From Escherichia phage L27, in sequence record LC473039.1: DNA of 64,000 nt. The stretch is one strand, 5' to 3'. Positions 27,678 through 36,916 of this stretch are shown here, piece by piece. The position numbers were made by a program, and so were the translations under genes. The notes under the pieces are model-generated. The model was not told where the DNA came from. It saw nothing but the letters and a program-made list of their open reading frames with translations, and did no database searches. Numbering within the stretch: the stretch's first letter is position 1; each line of letters starts with the position of its first letter.

Positions 27678-28271
27678 TTAAATCAGGTTTTCTAAAACTG
27701 TTTTTAGTGATGACTTGGTTGTCTGATAAAAATGAGTAAACCTATTGTTGTTATCGAATATCTGCATCATAACAGCATCTCCCTTGATTGGGTACACTCG
27801 GATATCATAGTGAAACCCATTAAAGACAGCAGAACCATTACAGAACACACTGAAATCATCCACTGAGATATACTCTTCATGCCCTGTGATTTTTATACAG
27901 ACACCTTTACTCGGTCTCTTAGGGTTGGTATCTTCCATCACAGACATGCTCTGTCCACCAAGAGATACCATCGTGACCACTTTACGGTTCTTCTGTTTAA
28001 AGTACATTTTAACTTTCTGTAAAGTGTCTTCATAGAACGGATAAGACCTCTCTACAAAGATTCCTTCTAATGGCTCTTTACCATTTTCAACTTCTCTGTT
28101 ATGTCGTACTGCAAAGATAATTTGTTCGAACCAGTCAAGATTTTCTTCGGAGAGTGCTTCTCGAATATCACTCCAGTCAAGGACTAGGTAGTTACCTTCA
28201 ACTTCTTTTAAGTTATCTTTTTCCATAGCTATCACACCATTATCGTAAAACTTGATAATCTGGTACTGCAA
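27678..28271 (-). CDS. hypothetical protein
   Basis: 197 aa ORF. Confidence 0.5.
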   Translation of the reverse strand: MQYQIIKFYDNGVIAMEKDNLKEVEGNYLVLDWSDIREALSEENLDWFEQIIFAVRHNREVENGKEPLEGIFVERSYPFYEDTLQKVKMYFKQKNRKVVTMVSLGGQSMSVMEDTNPKRPSKGVCIKITGHEEYISVDDFSVFCNGSAVFNGFHYDIRVYPIKGDAVMMQIFDNNNRFTHFYQTTKSSLKTVLENLI

Positions 28272-28704
28272 ACTTGTTGTTATTGTTTTTAATGAGGTCT
28301 TCTTCTGTTACTAAGAATGTAAGACCACACAAGTGTGTATAGTGGCTATCATACTCAAATATTTTAAGTAGGTATTTACCATCATGATAAACAAACTCTA
28401 CAACACCTTTTGCAACAATCTTTCCAGTCTTGAAGTCTTTAAGGTGGTATACATTACCAACTTTAGGGACTGTTTTCACTTCAGGTTCTTTTAGTTTCTC
28501 ACCAACTTCTACATCACCTAGTAAGTGAGAACTTTCAAACGCTACATATTGCATATAAGCTTCTGAGCATTCCCAGATAAAACAATGTACAAGAACCTTA
28601 GCAGCATGTCTTGAGCAATTCAACTTATCACAAATATCTTTGTACATTTCATCTTTAGTTGAGTTGTCAAGCATTGCTTTTTGGACTACTTCTTTAATTT
28701 TCAT
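28240..28704 (-). CDS. hypothetical protein
   Basis: 154 aa ORF. Confidence 0.5.
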   Translation of the reverse strand: MKIKEVVQKAMLDNSTKDEMYKDICDKLNCSRHAAKVLVHCFIWECSEAYMQYVAFESSHLLGDVEVGEKLKEPEVKTVPKVGNVYHLKDFKTGKIVAKGVVEFVYHDGKYLLKIFEYDSHYTHLCGLTFLVTEEDLIKNNNNKFAVPDYQVLR

Positions 28705-28756
28705 TTCGCTACCTTCTAAGTTTCTACAAAGGGGCTATCAAGTAACCCCTAAGTTA

Positions 28757-28981
28757 TTACTCAGACTTTTCAGTCTTCTTATCGGATTTCTTACTAGTCT
28801 TCTTCTCAGCTTTCTGCTCAGGTTCCTTCTCAGAAGTTGCCTTGATAACCATATCAAGAAGCTCTGATAAGTCGCTCTTCAGCAGAGTAACAGGCTGCTC
28901 ATTGTAGAAGTTTTTGTCAAGATAAACTTTAAACTCTTCAATAGAAGGGAATCCAAAAATTGGTACAGGTGTCTTAATCAT
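28757..28981 (-). CDS. hypothetical protein with Lys/Glu-rich tail
   Basis: 74 aa ORF. Confidence 0.4.
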   Translation of the reverse strand: MIKTPVPIFGFPSIEEFKVYLDKNFYNEQPVTLLKSDLSELLDMVIKATSEKEPEQKAEKKTSKKSDKKTEKSE

Positions 28982-29057
28982 TACTTAGTTTCTCCATAGG
29001 CATCTTTTAAGATTGCCTTGTTAATCATTTCAGCGATTGCAAAACGAACACATACAG

Positions 29058-29591
29058 CTATAATTGTAGGTTGCATTCTTTACTTACCTCTTCAAGTTTA
29101 ACCTCAGAATCCTTAAGACGTTTCTTATGAACTCTGAATCTCATTAGTGCGATGATGATACCAACTAAAGGGACAGCATACAAGTACCAAACATCATATA
29201 CCTTTGCAGTAATCTGTGTAATGGTTAAGTCTTGAGCTATGGAACTGATTGCTGATACTGCCAGTAACATTACTAAGAAGAACGCCAATACTATAACAAT
29301 ACTTAGGCAGCCTCTGGCATGGTGTTCATGCTTAATACACTTGTTCTTTTCGTCAACAACCCTGTTGTAGTCGTTTGTAAAGTCTCTGTAGAAAGCTTTC
29401 AAGTATTCTTTATTGTAGCCTTCAAAGCAACCTGTACCGTACCAATAATCACCACCAAAATGTGCTATGATACCGGTATCTCCGTTTGGTTTGGTTACTC
29501 TCAAAGAAGTATGATGACGAGTATCCTGATAATCTATCTTATATCTTTCTTCGTAAATCATTTTCCAACCCCTCTCAATCGTTTGTTCCAC
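29058..29591 (-). CDS. hypothetical membrane protein (two C-terminal TM helices)
   Basis: LSIVIVLAFFLVMLLAVSAISSIA and WYLYAVPLVGIIIALMRF hydrophobic segments. Confidence 0.5.
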   Translation of the reverse strand: MEQTIERGWKMIYEERYKIDYQDTRHHTSLRVTKPNGDTGIIAHFGGDYWYGTGCFEGYNKEYLKAFYRDFTNDYNRVVDEKNKCIKHEHHARGCLSIVIVLAFFLVMLLAVSAISSIAQDLTITQITAKVYDVWYLYAVPLVGIIIALMRFRVHKKRLKDSEVKLEEVSKECNLQL

Positions 29592-29776
29592 TCAAGGTCA
29601 ACAAGCCTTTGCAGGACTTTCCCTCTAGGTGTTACACCTTTTAAATCTGCATCATAGCAACGGTAAAAGTCACCTTCAGCGTGTTTACCATAGCATTTTC
29701 TGATATTCTGGCTTCTACGGTATTGTTCTAATAGAGACAGTCTGTAGTAATCTTCAACTGTAGTTAGTTTTTTCAT
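29558..29776 (-). CDS. hypothetical protein
   Basis: 72 aa ORF. Confidence 0.4.
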   Translation of the reverse strand: MKKLTTVEDYYRLSLLEQYRRSQNIRKCYGKHAEGDFYRCYDADLKGVTPRGKVLQRLVDLEWNKRLRGVGK

Positions 29777-29859
29777 TCTTTCACCATGTCTCTTATCTAT
29801 AAACTAAAAAGGGAACTACCTCTCGATAGCTCCCATCATAATCAGTGTTGTATACTTGG

Positions 29860-30441
29860 TCAAGAGTGTTTTTTAGGCAGTAATGCACTGCGCTTGTTGC
29901 TCTCTTCACTCAACAGTGCAATGAAATCGTCACCTTTGCCTTTCCACGGGCTGAATGAAGGGATATGTTCACGGATAGCCTCAATCACTGTTTTAAGTGC
30001 TGTGTTCTTCATCCACCAATCAGAATCTGCTGATGCTACCACGTAGTATCCACCGTCATCAGTTAAAATTGGCTCTGAAATACATGGTGAAATCAAAGTG
30101 GTGATGATTGAACCGTTGTTCATGTAGTATGTGCGTTTCATAACCTTTTCAAGAAGTTTGTGAAGGTCACCAAACAGTGTTACAAGTTCTTTGTGGTCAA
30201 TGTCTTTTTCGAGGTTTGCTCGATACTTCAATAGAGCAGCATCAACCTCTCTGTCATTGAACTTGAAATATTGAACTTCTTCAACAAGGCAAACACTGAT
30301 GTTGTTAACATTCATAGTCAACTTACAAACTTTTGCAGGAGAGTTGATACTTGGTTGAAAAAGTGCAACACACCCTTCAATGTTTCCAAAATGCTGCACT
30401 AATGTCACTTGTGGAGTGATATTCTGTTGCTCTTCTGACAT
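29860..30441 (-). CDS. hypothetical protein
   Basis: 193 aa ORF. Confidence 0.5.
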   Translation of the reverse strand: MSEEQQNITPQVTLVQHFGNIEGCVALFQPSINSPAKVCKLTMNVNNISVCLVEEVQYFKFNDREVDAALLKYRANLEKDIDHKELVTLFGDLHKLLEKVMKRTYYMNNGSIITTLISPCISEPILTDDGGYYVVASADSDWWMKNTALKTVIEAIREHIPSFSPWKGKGDDFIALLSEESNKRSALLPKKHS

Positions 30442-30785
30442 TACAGTTTCCTCATTAAATATTTTTTAAGTTGTGTGTTAGGTTTCTCAAAAACTTCTAT
30501 AGAAGATATCTTAACAGATTCACCACGCATACCAGTATGTTTGAATATGTAATACTCTAACATCCCTATGGACTTTGCTGGTAAGTCATACTTGACATAT
30601 ACCGTCACAGAATCTTCAAACTCAACAACCTTTGTACCATCTTTGTAGTTAAACTCTTTAGGATGGTTGTAGTTGTCTATATCATACATTAAAAAGAGTC
30701 TTTTACGTTGTAAGTCAAGCTTATTTGTTAAAGACTCTTTGACATCTGAGAAGTTTTTGTACACTGTGACATGGAGCTTACTCAT
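30441..30785 (-). CDS. hypothetical protein
   Basis: 114 aa ORF, translationally coupled. Confidence 0.5.
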   Translation of the reverse strand: MSKLHVTVYKNFSDVKESLTNKLDLQRKRLFLMYDIDNYNHPKEFNYKDGTKVVEFEDSVTVYVKYDLPAKSIGMLEYYIFKHTGMRGESVKISSIEVFEKPNTQLKKYLMRKL

Positions 30786-31071
30786 CGTTAAACTCTCTGA
30801 CGAAGAAATAGTTGACTTTGTTATTGCCTACCATAAGGTCAAAGCAGGTATTCTCAAAAGGCTTGTTGTAGGCATCATATGAAACATATGGGTCAGCTAC
30901 TTGCTTAGTGCTTAACTTCTTACTTGATGGTTTTAAGAGGCCACCATACAGCTTCTTGATAGCCTCTTCTACAACAGACCAGATAATTTCGTCAGTAATT
31001 TCTTCGTACAGGTCAAGTTCACGCTCTAGTGAGAAGTCACAAATAGGGAAAACAACCTGTACTTTACTCAT
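30778..31071 (-). CDS. hypothetical protein
   Basis: 97 aa ORF. Confidence 0.5.
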   Translation of the reverse strand: MSKVQVVFPICDFSLERELDLYEEITDEIIWSVVEEAIKKLYGGLLKPSSKKLSTKQVADPYVSYDAYNKPFENTCFDLMVGNNKVNYFFVREFNDE

Positions 31072-31466
31072 TAACGAATAACCTGTGTGACTTGAATTGC
31101 TTCGGTTACTGACAAGTCACCCACTTTCTCTTCTTTGATAAAAGTGAAGGTGAGTTCAACAGGTTCTTGCTCTTCTTGCTCAACTGGAACACCATTAAGC
31201 TCATCAAAGATTGACTGAGTTGTCCAGTCTTCTCCACCATCTGGATAGTGGATTGCATAAAGAGGAAACTCTAAATTATACCAAGCAAAAACAGGACAAC
31301 CGTCGGCATCATCTCGGCATCTGTGGAGATATGTGTTTGTACCTTCAAAATGTAAATGAAGATTACCATTCTTCTCAAATAGAAGAGCATCTTGCAGGTC
31401 TAGCTCCTCATTTTCGCTGTAACGACTAACATCAACTTTAACGTGGATATGACTGTTATTATTCAT
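31071..31466 (-). CDS. hypothetical acidic protein
   Basis: 131 aa ORF. Confidence 0.5.
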   Translation of the reverse strand: MNNNSHIHVKVDVSRYSENEELDLQDALLFEKNGNLHLHFEGTNTYLHRCRDDADGCPVFAWYNLEFPLYAIHYPDGGEDWTTQSIFDELNGVPVEQEEQEPVELTFTFIKEEKVGDLSVTEAIQVTQVIR

Positions 31467-31857
31467 AAAAACCTCTCTCTGCTTGTTCGATTTTTGCTCT
31501 TAAAACTTCGCATCGTTCTATGTGGTATCTGGCCTCATGCTCATGTGTTGCCAAAGTCCTTTCAAGAACTGTTTTATAGTAACTCGCAAGCTGCCCTCTT
31601 GTCAATGGGTGTTCTGAAATAATATCAAGGCCACTTTCCCCTAGAGTATTAAACTGCCCGTGTTCATTTACATGGTAAGTCTCAAACTTGAACAGGCCGT
31701 TGTTAGCAGATTCAATAGGTGAGAGTTCAGCCAACTCAACAGTGAACATTGTGTGCACTCTATCACCAATTGTAACAATGTTGCTCCCAATGATTCTCAC
31801 CATTGAGCCATTGCGAGTGTACTTAAAAGTCCCAAAGTCACTAGCCCAAAGTTTCAT
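31459..31857 (-). CDS. hypothetical protein
   Basis: 132 aa ORF. Confidence 0.5.
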   Translation of the reverse strand: MKLWASDFGTFKYTRNGSMVRIIGSNIVTIGDRVHTMFTVELAELSPIESANNGLFKFETYHVNEHGQFNTLGESGLDIISEHPLTRGQLASYYKTVLERTLATHEHEARYHIERCEVLRAKIEQAERGFYE

Positions 31858-31875
31858 AGTTTTCTCCTTAGAAAA

Positions 31876-31900
31876 TAAAAAAGGCTCCCGAAGGAGCCTA
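31876..31900 (-). terminator. Rho-independent terminator downstream of endolysin (minus strand)
   Basis: GGCTCC-TTCG-GGAGCC hairpin followed by TTTTTTATTTTC on minus strand. Confidence 0.65.
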
Positions 31901-31908
31901 TGAAGATA

Positions 31909-32373
31909 TTACTTTGGATATACGCTGTCAAGATAAATGTCAGCTTCCATTCTACGTCTGTTTTTCAGGCCGTTTGAAGTGACCTTCTTACCTTTGACTG
32001 TAACCTTGTTCCACCACTGCATAGCTTCTGCACAACCGACCTTATTACCATCGTTGTGGCGCTTGATAAATGTAGAGTCCTGCATAGCTGTGATGCCAAT
32101 GTTGTATGTTTCACTTACCAGTGCATCAAACTCATTCTGAGAAGTTGGAACCTTGACGGCTTTGTTCACTGCTGCAACGAACTTCTCAACATCTGCGAGA
32201 AGATACTGTTCAGCTTGTTCAGCGGTAATCTTCATACCCATCTTAACAGGCTTCCCACCAATACGAATTGTCCCATACCCAATTGTGGGGATTCCAGCAG
32301 AATCTTCGTAAGCCTCTAGCTTAAGACCTTCAAAGAACTTAATAGCTTCTAAACCTTTTCTTGAGAGTTGCAT
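31909..32373 (-). CDS. endolysin, GH24 lysozyme (muramidase)
   Basis: N-terminal EGxxLxAYxDxxGxPTIGYG lysozyme signature (FEGLKLEAYEDSAGIPTIGYGT). Confidence 0.75.
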   Translation of the reverse strand: MQLSRKGLEAIKFFEGLKLEAYEDSAGIPTIGYGTIRIGGKPVKMGMKITAEQAEQYLLADVEKFVAAVNKAVKVPTSQNEFDALVSETYNIGITAMQDSTFIKRHNDGNKVGCAEAMQWWNKVTVKGKKVTSNGLKNRRRMEADIYLDSVYPK

Positions 32374-33005
32374 TAGCCCTCCCCTGCTGGGTTAACTGTA
32401 ACTGTTGCTGCATTAGATGTTACAGAACCACCTACACCAGTAACTACACAAGTGTAGCTTCCTGCATCTGCTTGTAGAGCACCAGACTTGCTATAGGTAG
32501 CATTTGTAGCTGAAGGGATGTCAGAGCCATCTTTCTTCCACTGATAACCTGTTGCACCTGTTGCAATAACGCTTAGGGTAAGTGTGCCACCTTCATTTAC
32601 TGTTTGATTGGTTGGTTGCTGGGTGATTACTGGTGGCTTGATAGCATCCTTCAACTTAGCATTCAACATTGAGAATGGTTTAACTCTTGCCAGCCATTCA
32701 CAATAAACTGTATCAACGTCTTTACCATTGATAATTGCATATTGTAAGTCCATGAAGAAGTCAGACGTTCTCATTTGAGCACCAACGCTGTAAAGCAACT
32801 CATCACTAAATGGAACTTTGTAGTCTGGTTTGTAGTCAAACTTCTTAACTTCTGCAATATCAGCTTCAGGCCAATACGAACTATAGGTAAGTGGTAAAAT
32901 AGCCTCTTGATATGTTCTAAAATCATATCTCTTACCAGCCTTTACATTCGCAACGAAGCCCTTCACAAACTCTTTGAAGTCTGGGTAAGTCTTTGCTTTA
33001 ATCAT
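32373..33005 (-). CDS. hypothetical protein with C-terminal Ig-like domain; N-terminal domain paralogous to next gene
   Basis: C-terminal NQTVNEGGTLTLSVIATGATGYQWKK...GSYTCVVTG resembles Ig-like repeat; N-terminal ~110 aa aligns with 33002..33373 product. Confidence 0.55.
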   Translation of the reverse strand: MIKAKTYPDFKEFVKGFVANVKAGKRYDFRTYQEAILPLTYSSYWPEADIAEVKKFDYKPDYKVPFSDELLYSVGAQMRTSDFFMDLQYAIINGKDVDTVYCEWLARVKPFSMLNAKLKDAIKPPVITQQPTNQTVNEGGTLTLSVIATGATGYQWKKDGSDIPSATNATYSKSGALQADAGSYTCVVTGVGGSVTSNAATVTVNPAGEG

Positions 33006-33373
33006 TTCTTTTTAGCCTCTAAATGTGCGTTTAGTCTAAAATAACCTTTGTGATGCGGAGATACATCACCAACAACAATACCTTTAACCTTATAACCTTT
33101 ACCAATTACATACTGGATATCCATAAGGAATCTTCCAAGACCAACAATATGGAACATTGGGTATAATAGATTCTCAGAATCTGGAATATTGATTTCAGGT
33201 TTGTAGGTACACTGTTCGCTTGTTGGTGTAATATCTTCTTCAGGCCATTTGCTGAGTCTCCATGTCAAAGGTGTTGGGATAACATCATTAAGGTTGTACC
33301 TTTCACCATTTTTCACGGAATTGATATAGGATTGTAGGAAGCAATAAAAGTCTTTTGCACTCTTAGCTTTCAT
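33002..33373 (-). CDS. hypothetical protein, paralog of N-terminal domain of 32373..33005
   Basis: Shared blocks KAK..DF...V..G.RY, WPE.DI, YKP.....D.E.LLY, F.MD.QY.I..G, LNA.L. Confidence 0.5.
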   Translation of the reverse strand: MKAKSAKDFYCFLQSYINSVKNGERYNLNDVIPTPLTWRLSKWPEEDITPTSEQCTYKPEINIPDSENLLYPMFHIVGLGRFLMDIQYVIGKGYKVKGIVVGDVSPHHKGYFRLNAHLEAKKK

Positions 33374-33420
33374 TAAATATCCTTATAAATAGTTAAAGGG
33401 GCTGATGCCCCTATCCACAC

Positions 33421-34011
33421 TTAAGCTTTGGTCTTAAGTAGGTTCTTAAGTTTTTTAAGATTCATACTCTCATCAAACTTAAAACCAAATCCATTGACAT
33501 AATCAATGAAATCGGATTTCTTACTGAGTGACAATGCGTAACTCATATCAAAGTTCTTACTTGTTTCTGCGTCTGGACTAGAGTTCACATCAAATGAAAT
33601 TACTGTAGGCTCTTGCTTACTTTTTCTCATATTATCAACCAACAAACATGTATAGTTTGCTGGATAGAAATTTACACTACCGTCAACGTAGCTGTACTTA
33701 TTATTATGGATAAGATTGGAAAATACCTTAAGGAATGTTTCTGAGTCGTGGCAAACAAGTTTGAATTGGCTGCTCTCTCCAAGCGCAACTAATGAGTACG
33801 GACTTTCACTATCGAAGTCATAGTTTGGATTCGATGTCGTCACTGTTACACGCATCAAGTTATTAGCAATAGTCTTCTGTTTAAAGGAATTTGGAACATA
33901 GTGAAGACCTCTATCACACTGATTAACTAATTCTTTCAATAGGTCATTTGCATATGGTGAGTTAATTGATACAGAGCCATCACTATTGTAATTAAAACTT
34001 ACTGTTAACAT
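33421..34011 (-). CDS. hypothetical protein
   Basis: 196 aa ORF. Confidence 0.5.
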   Translation of the reverse strand: MLTVSFNYNSDGSVSINSPYANDLLKELVNQCDRGLHYVPNSFKQKTIANNLMRVTVTTSNPNYDFDSESPYSLVALGESSQFKLVCHDSETFLKVFSNLIHNNKYSYVDGSVNFYPANYTCLLVDNMRKSKQEPTVISFDVNSSPDAETSKNFDMSYALSLSKKSDFIDYVNGFGFKFDESMNLKKLKNLLKTKA

Positions 34012-34238
34012 TTTTCAGTTCTCCTGCGGTTTATAATTTTGCTGCAATAGAGAAACGAAGTAAACTCACTGGAAGAAACCATTAAGTGTTGTTCACTAGA
34101 TTGAGCCATTGCCCTGAAATACATTCCAGTCAAAGCATCATAGTGACTATTCTTTCCAATTGAGGTTATATAGCCATGACTCTTTGCAGTTTGATATAAA
34201 TCTATAATATCTGCGATTTCTAATTGGGAACTACACAT
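34005..34238 (-). CDS. hypothetical protein
   Basis: 77 aa ORF, first gene of minus-strand block. Confidence 0.4.
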   Translation of the reverse strand: MCSSQLEIADIIDLYQTAKSHGYITSIGKNSHYDALTGMYFRAMAQSSEQHLMVSSSEFTSFLYCSKIINRRRTEKC

Positions 34239-34480
34239 AGATAATCCTCTTGTCTTCTGTAATTTTGAAAGAACAGGTACAGACCAATTTCAGAGGACGA
34301 ATAGTAGATTAATTCTACCCTTTTTGATTCCTTACAGTGATTGGTATTCTTACCTTTCTTCGGTTTATTTGATTTTCTCATTAAGTCTCCTTTGTAGAAC
34401 AAGGCAGACCTACAGCTTTAAGTAAGATGGTACAGTAATCCATACAACAAGTCAAGAACTATTGCAAGTTAAAAAAGTTG

Positions 34481-34521
34481 TTGACAAAGCACTTGACAAG
34501 GTATAGGCTTATAAATACTTA
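34481..34521 (+). promoter_or_regulatory. divergent promoter region; tandem TTGACA boxes for plus-strand transcription
   Basis: AAAAAAGTTGTTGACAAAGCACTTGACAAGGTATAGGCTTATAAATACTT; downstream inverted repeat AGATATC-N6-GATATCT at ~34563-34582. Confidence 0.45.
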
Positions 34522-34630
34522 GAAGATAACTTAAAAGGTTCCTCTAAAAAGGCTATTTAAACAGATATCTTTCTGGATATCTATCTTTTATCTTAAAAGC
34601 CTTTTAAGAGGTCTTATAAGAGGCATACCA

Positions 34631-35002
34631 ATGAAAAACAGAACAAACAAAGGCCAGTTTAAAAAAGGCCAGTCTGGAAACCCATCTGGAAGACCAAAAG
34701 GCTCTCGTAACAAAAGCTCACTCGTAAAAGCTCAACTGACCATTGATAATTCTGCTGAGTTCGCTGCAAAGCTGTTTGAGGCGATTGTTACAAGGGACGC
34801 TGCTAAGCTTGCAGAGTTCGGTTTGACGACTGACGATGTAAACCTGAAGTCGATGATGGAAGCTGGTAAAACTATCATGACCCACTCAGCAGGTGAGATG
34901 AAAGCGATTGCAGCAGACACTAAGAAGACCCCTGATAATGGTGGTCAACAACAGACAGATAACAAACCAACGTTCTCTGCTGTAGCGACTCTCAAAAAAT
35001 AA
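34631..35002 (+). CDS. hypothetical protein with basic N-terminal GNPSGRPKG motif
   Basis: 123 aa ORF; RBS AAGAGG. Confidence 0.5.
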   Translation: MKNRTNKGQFKKGQSGNPSGRPKGSRNKSSLVKAQLTIDNSAEFAAKLFEAIVTRDAAKLAEFGLTTDDVNLKSMMEAGKTIMTHSAGEMKAIAADTKKTPDNGGQQQTDNKPTFSAVATLKK

Positions 35003-35014
35003 TTTTAAAAGGTG

Positions 35015-35044
35015 TTGACAGACTCTACAAAGTTGCTCTAAAGT
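35015..35044 (+). promoter_or_regulatory. sigma70-like promoter (TTGACA-N17-nTAAAG) embedded in 9-bp inverted repeat TGACAGACT/AGTCTGTCA
   Basis: GGTGTTGACAGACTCTACAAAGTTGCTCTAAAGTCTGTCAC. Confidence 0.45.
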
Positions 35045-35082
35045 CTGTCACATCAAACAACAATGAGAGAAGAGAGTAAAAT

Positions 35083-36498
35083 ATGAGCGAGTTATTTAAA
35101 CATGCGCACCTTCATGCAGGTCGAACTGAAAATGGTGCTGTAAACCATACTTCATCAATGTCTGCTCTGGTAGACTTCTACAAAGCCGCTGGCTCAAGCC
35201 GTAGCAATGTAGAAATCTTACCAGACCTGTTCTACAAAGCTTTGCGTGAGGATGTTGATGTTGCAGTTCGTATTTTACTGCATATGCGAGATGTACGAGA
35301 AGGTATGGGTGAGCGTAAAGCTTTCCGAACTGTTTTACTTCAAGCGATTGAAGATAAGGTTTTAGAACCTACACAGGTTCTTCGCATTATGGATAAGATT
35401 GCAGAACTTGGTCGTTTTGATGACTTCAAAATCTTCGTAGGTACTCGTTTCGAGACAGATGCCTTCAAACATTTAGAAGCAGCATTACTAGACCCTGCAA
35501 CAGCAGGTTTAGCAGCTAAGTGGTTGCCACGAGTAAAACCACGCCACAAACAGTTTGTAAAACGTTTCTGTAAGTTTGCAAACTTAAGCGAGAAGGAGTA
35601 TCGCACACTGCTATCTGCACTGTCTGATACGGTTGAGCAAAAAATCTCTGCTAATGAGTTTGGTAAGATTGACTACAGCAAGATTCCTTCACTCGCTGCT
35701 GCACGTTACCAAAAGCTCTTTAACCGTAAAGATGGAGAGCGTTACAAAGCTTACATCGAATCATTATCAAAGGGTGAGGTTAAGATTAATGCTGGTGCTG
35801 TTTACCCATATGATGTGATTAAATCTATTAAGTATGGTAATGCAGATGTTGCTAATGAGCAGTGGAAAGCACTTCCAAACTGGATGGCAGAAGGTGAAAA
35901 CATCTTGTGTATGACTGATGTTTCAAGCTCAATGTCTTGGGTGAATCTTGGTTCAATCACTGCCCTTGATATTGGTGTATCACTTGCCTTGTATGTAGCA
36001 GAACGCAATACAGGTTGCTTTAAAGATGAGTTAATGGTCTATTCAACAAACCCTCATTTCATTGAACTGAGTGGTGATTTACGAAACCGTCATCGTCAGG
36101 TAATGCGTCATGTTGAATATGGTTCAACTAACTTACAAGCAGCTTTTGACCGTATTCTTGAGGTAGGTAAGAGAAACAACTTGACTCAGAAAGATATGCC
36201 AAGTAAGCTTATTATCTTCTCTGATATGGAGTTTAATCAGGTTGATGGTGCAAATGGTCGTACAAACTTTGAAGCAATTCAGAGTAAGTACAAAAAAGCT
36301 GGATACGAAATGCCACAACTAGTATTCTGGTACTTAGCAAACCGTAATGGTACTTGCGAAGTATCTGTTAAGGATAATGGTGTAGCAATGGTATCAGGGT
36401 TCTCTCCAGCCACTTTAAAAGCTCTGCTTGGTGGTGAGAAGTTTGACCCAATCAGTGTAATGCTCAAAGCGGTAATGATTGACCGTTATATCTGGTAA
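35083..36498 (+). CDS. von Willebrand factor A (vWA) domain protein with MIDAS motif; N-terminal domain of unknown family
   Basis: MIDAS D-x-S-x-S in MTDVSSSMSW, downstream TNLQAAFD and IIFSDMEFN; 471 aa. Confidence 0.55.
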   Translation: MSELFKHAHLHAGRTENGAVNHTSSMSALVDFYKAAGSSRSNVEILPDLFYKALREDVDVAVRILLHMRDVREGMGERKAFRTVLLQAIEDKVLEPTQVLRIMDKIAELGRFDDFKIFVGTRFETDAFKHLEAALLDPATAGLAAKWLPRVKPRHKQFVKRFCKFANLSEKEYRTLLSALSDTVEQKISANEFGKIDYSKIPSLAAARYQKLFNRKDGERYKAYIESLSKGEVKINAGAVYPYDVIKSIKYGNADVANEQWKALPNWMAEGENILCMTDVSSSMSWVNLGSITALDIGVSLALYVAERNTGCFKDELMVYSTNPHFIELSGDLRNRHRQVMRHVEYGSTNLQAAFDRILEVGKRNNLTQKDMPSKLIIFSDMEFNQVDGANGRTNFEAIQSKYKKAGYEMPQLVFWYLANRNGTCEVSVKDNGVAMVSGFSPATLKALLGGEKFDPISVMLKAVMIDRYIW

Positions 36499-36516
36499 AA
36501 AGTTTTAAAAAGGGTA

Positions 36517-36545
36517 TTGACAATGTGTTTGATACCCTTTAATAT
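36517..36545 (+). promoter_or_regulatory. sigma70-like promoter (TTGACA-N17-TAATAT) upstream of tRNA cluster, flanked by inverted repeat AGGGTAT/ATACCCT
   Basis: AAAAAGGGTATTGACAATGTGTTTGATACCCTTTAATATG. Confidence 0.55.
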
Positions 36546-36607
36546 GTTCTACATAGAAACGAAACGAGAGCTTTTCTAAGATACTGAAAAATATTTTAAA
36601 AAAGTTC

Positions 36608-36636
36608 TTGACAATCACTAAAAAATAATGTTAAAG
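36608..36636 (+). promoter_or_regulatory. sigma70-like promoter (TTGACA-N17-TTAAAG) immediately upstream of first tRNA
   Basis: AAAGTTCTTGACAATCACTAAAAAATAATGTTAAAGTGG. Confidence 0.5.
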
Positions 36637-36663
36637 TGGTTACATAGAGTTTGAAAAGTTTAT

Positions 36664-36740
36664 CTCTGTTTAGCTCAGCTTGGTAGAGCGTTCCGTTTGG
36701 GGCGGTAAGGCCGGAGGTTCAAGTCCTCCAACAGAGACCA
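36664..36740 (+). tRNA. tRNA-Pro (anticodon TGG)
   Basis: Manual fold: acceptor CTCTGTT/AACAGAG, D-arm GCTC/GAGC, T-arm GGAGG-TTCAAGT-CCTCC, CCA encoded. Confidence 0.75.
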
Positions 36741-36747
36741 AATTAAT

Positions 36748-36825
36748 GTTCCAGTAGACAAAATGGTATAGTCACCACTCTTTCAAAGTGGATATTTGAG
36801 GGTTCAAATCCCTTCTGGAACGCCA
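36748..36825 (+). tRNA. tRNA-Glu (anticodon TTC)
   Basis: Acceptor GTTCCAG/CTGGAAC, anticodon arm CCACT-CTTTCAA-AGTGG, T-loop TTCAAAT, CCA. Confidence 0.75.
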
Positions 36826-36916
36826 GTTTTGACAGAAGACCAATTACAGCAAACTTAATCTTATTCATCTGAAGGTAAATCGGACAAAGAAGAGACTTGG
36901 TCTGGTCATTAAGAAT

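Noticed and set aside
34220-34402. 60-aa minus-strand ORF at start of minus-strand block
   Set aside because: Lies in the divergent promoter region with no convincing RBS; likely leader sequence
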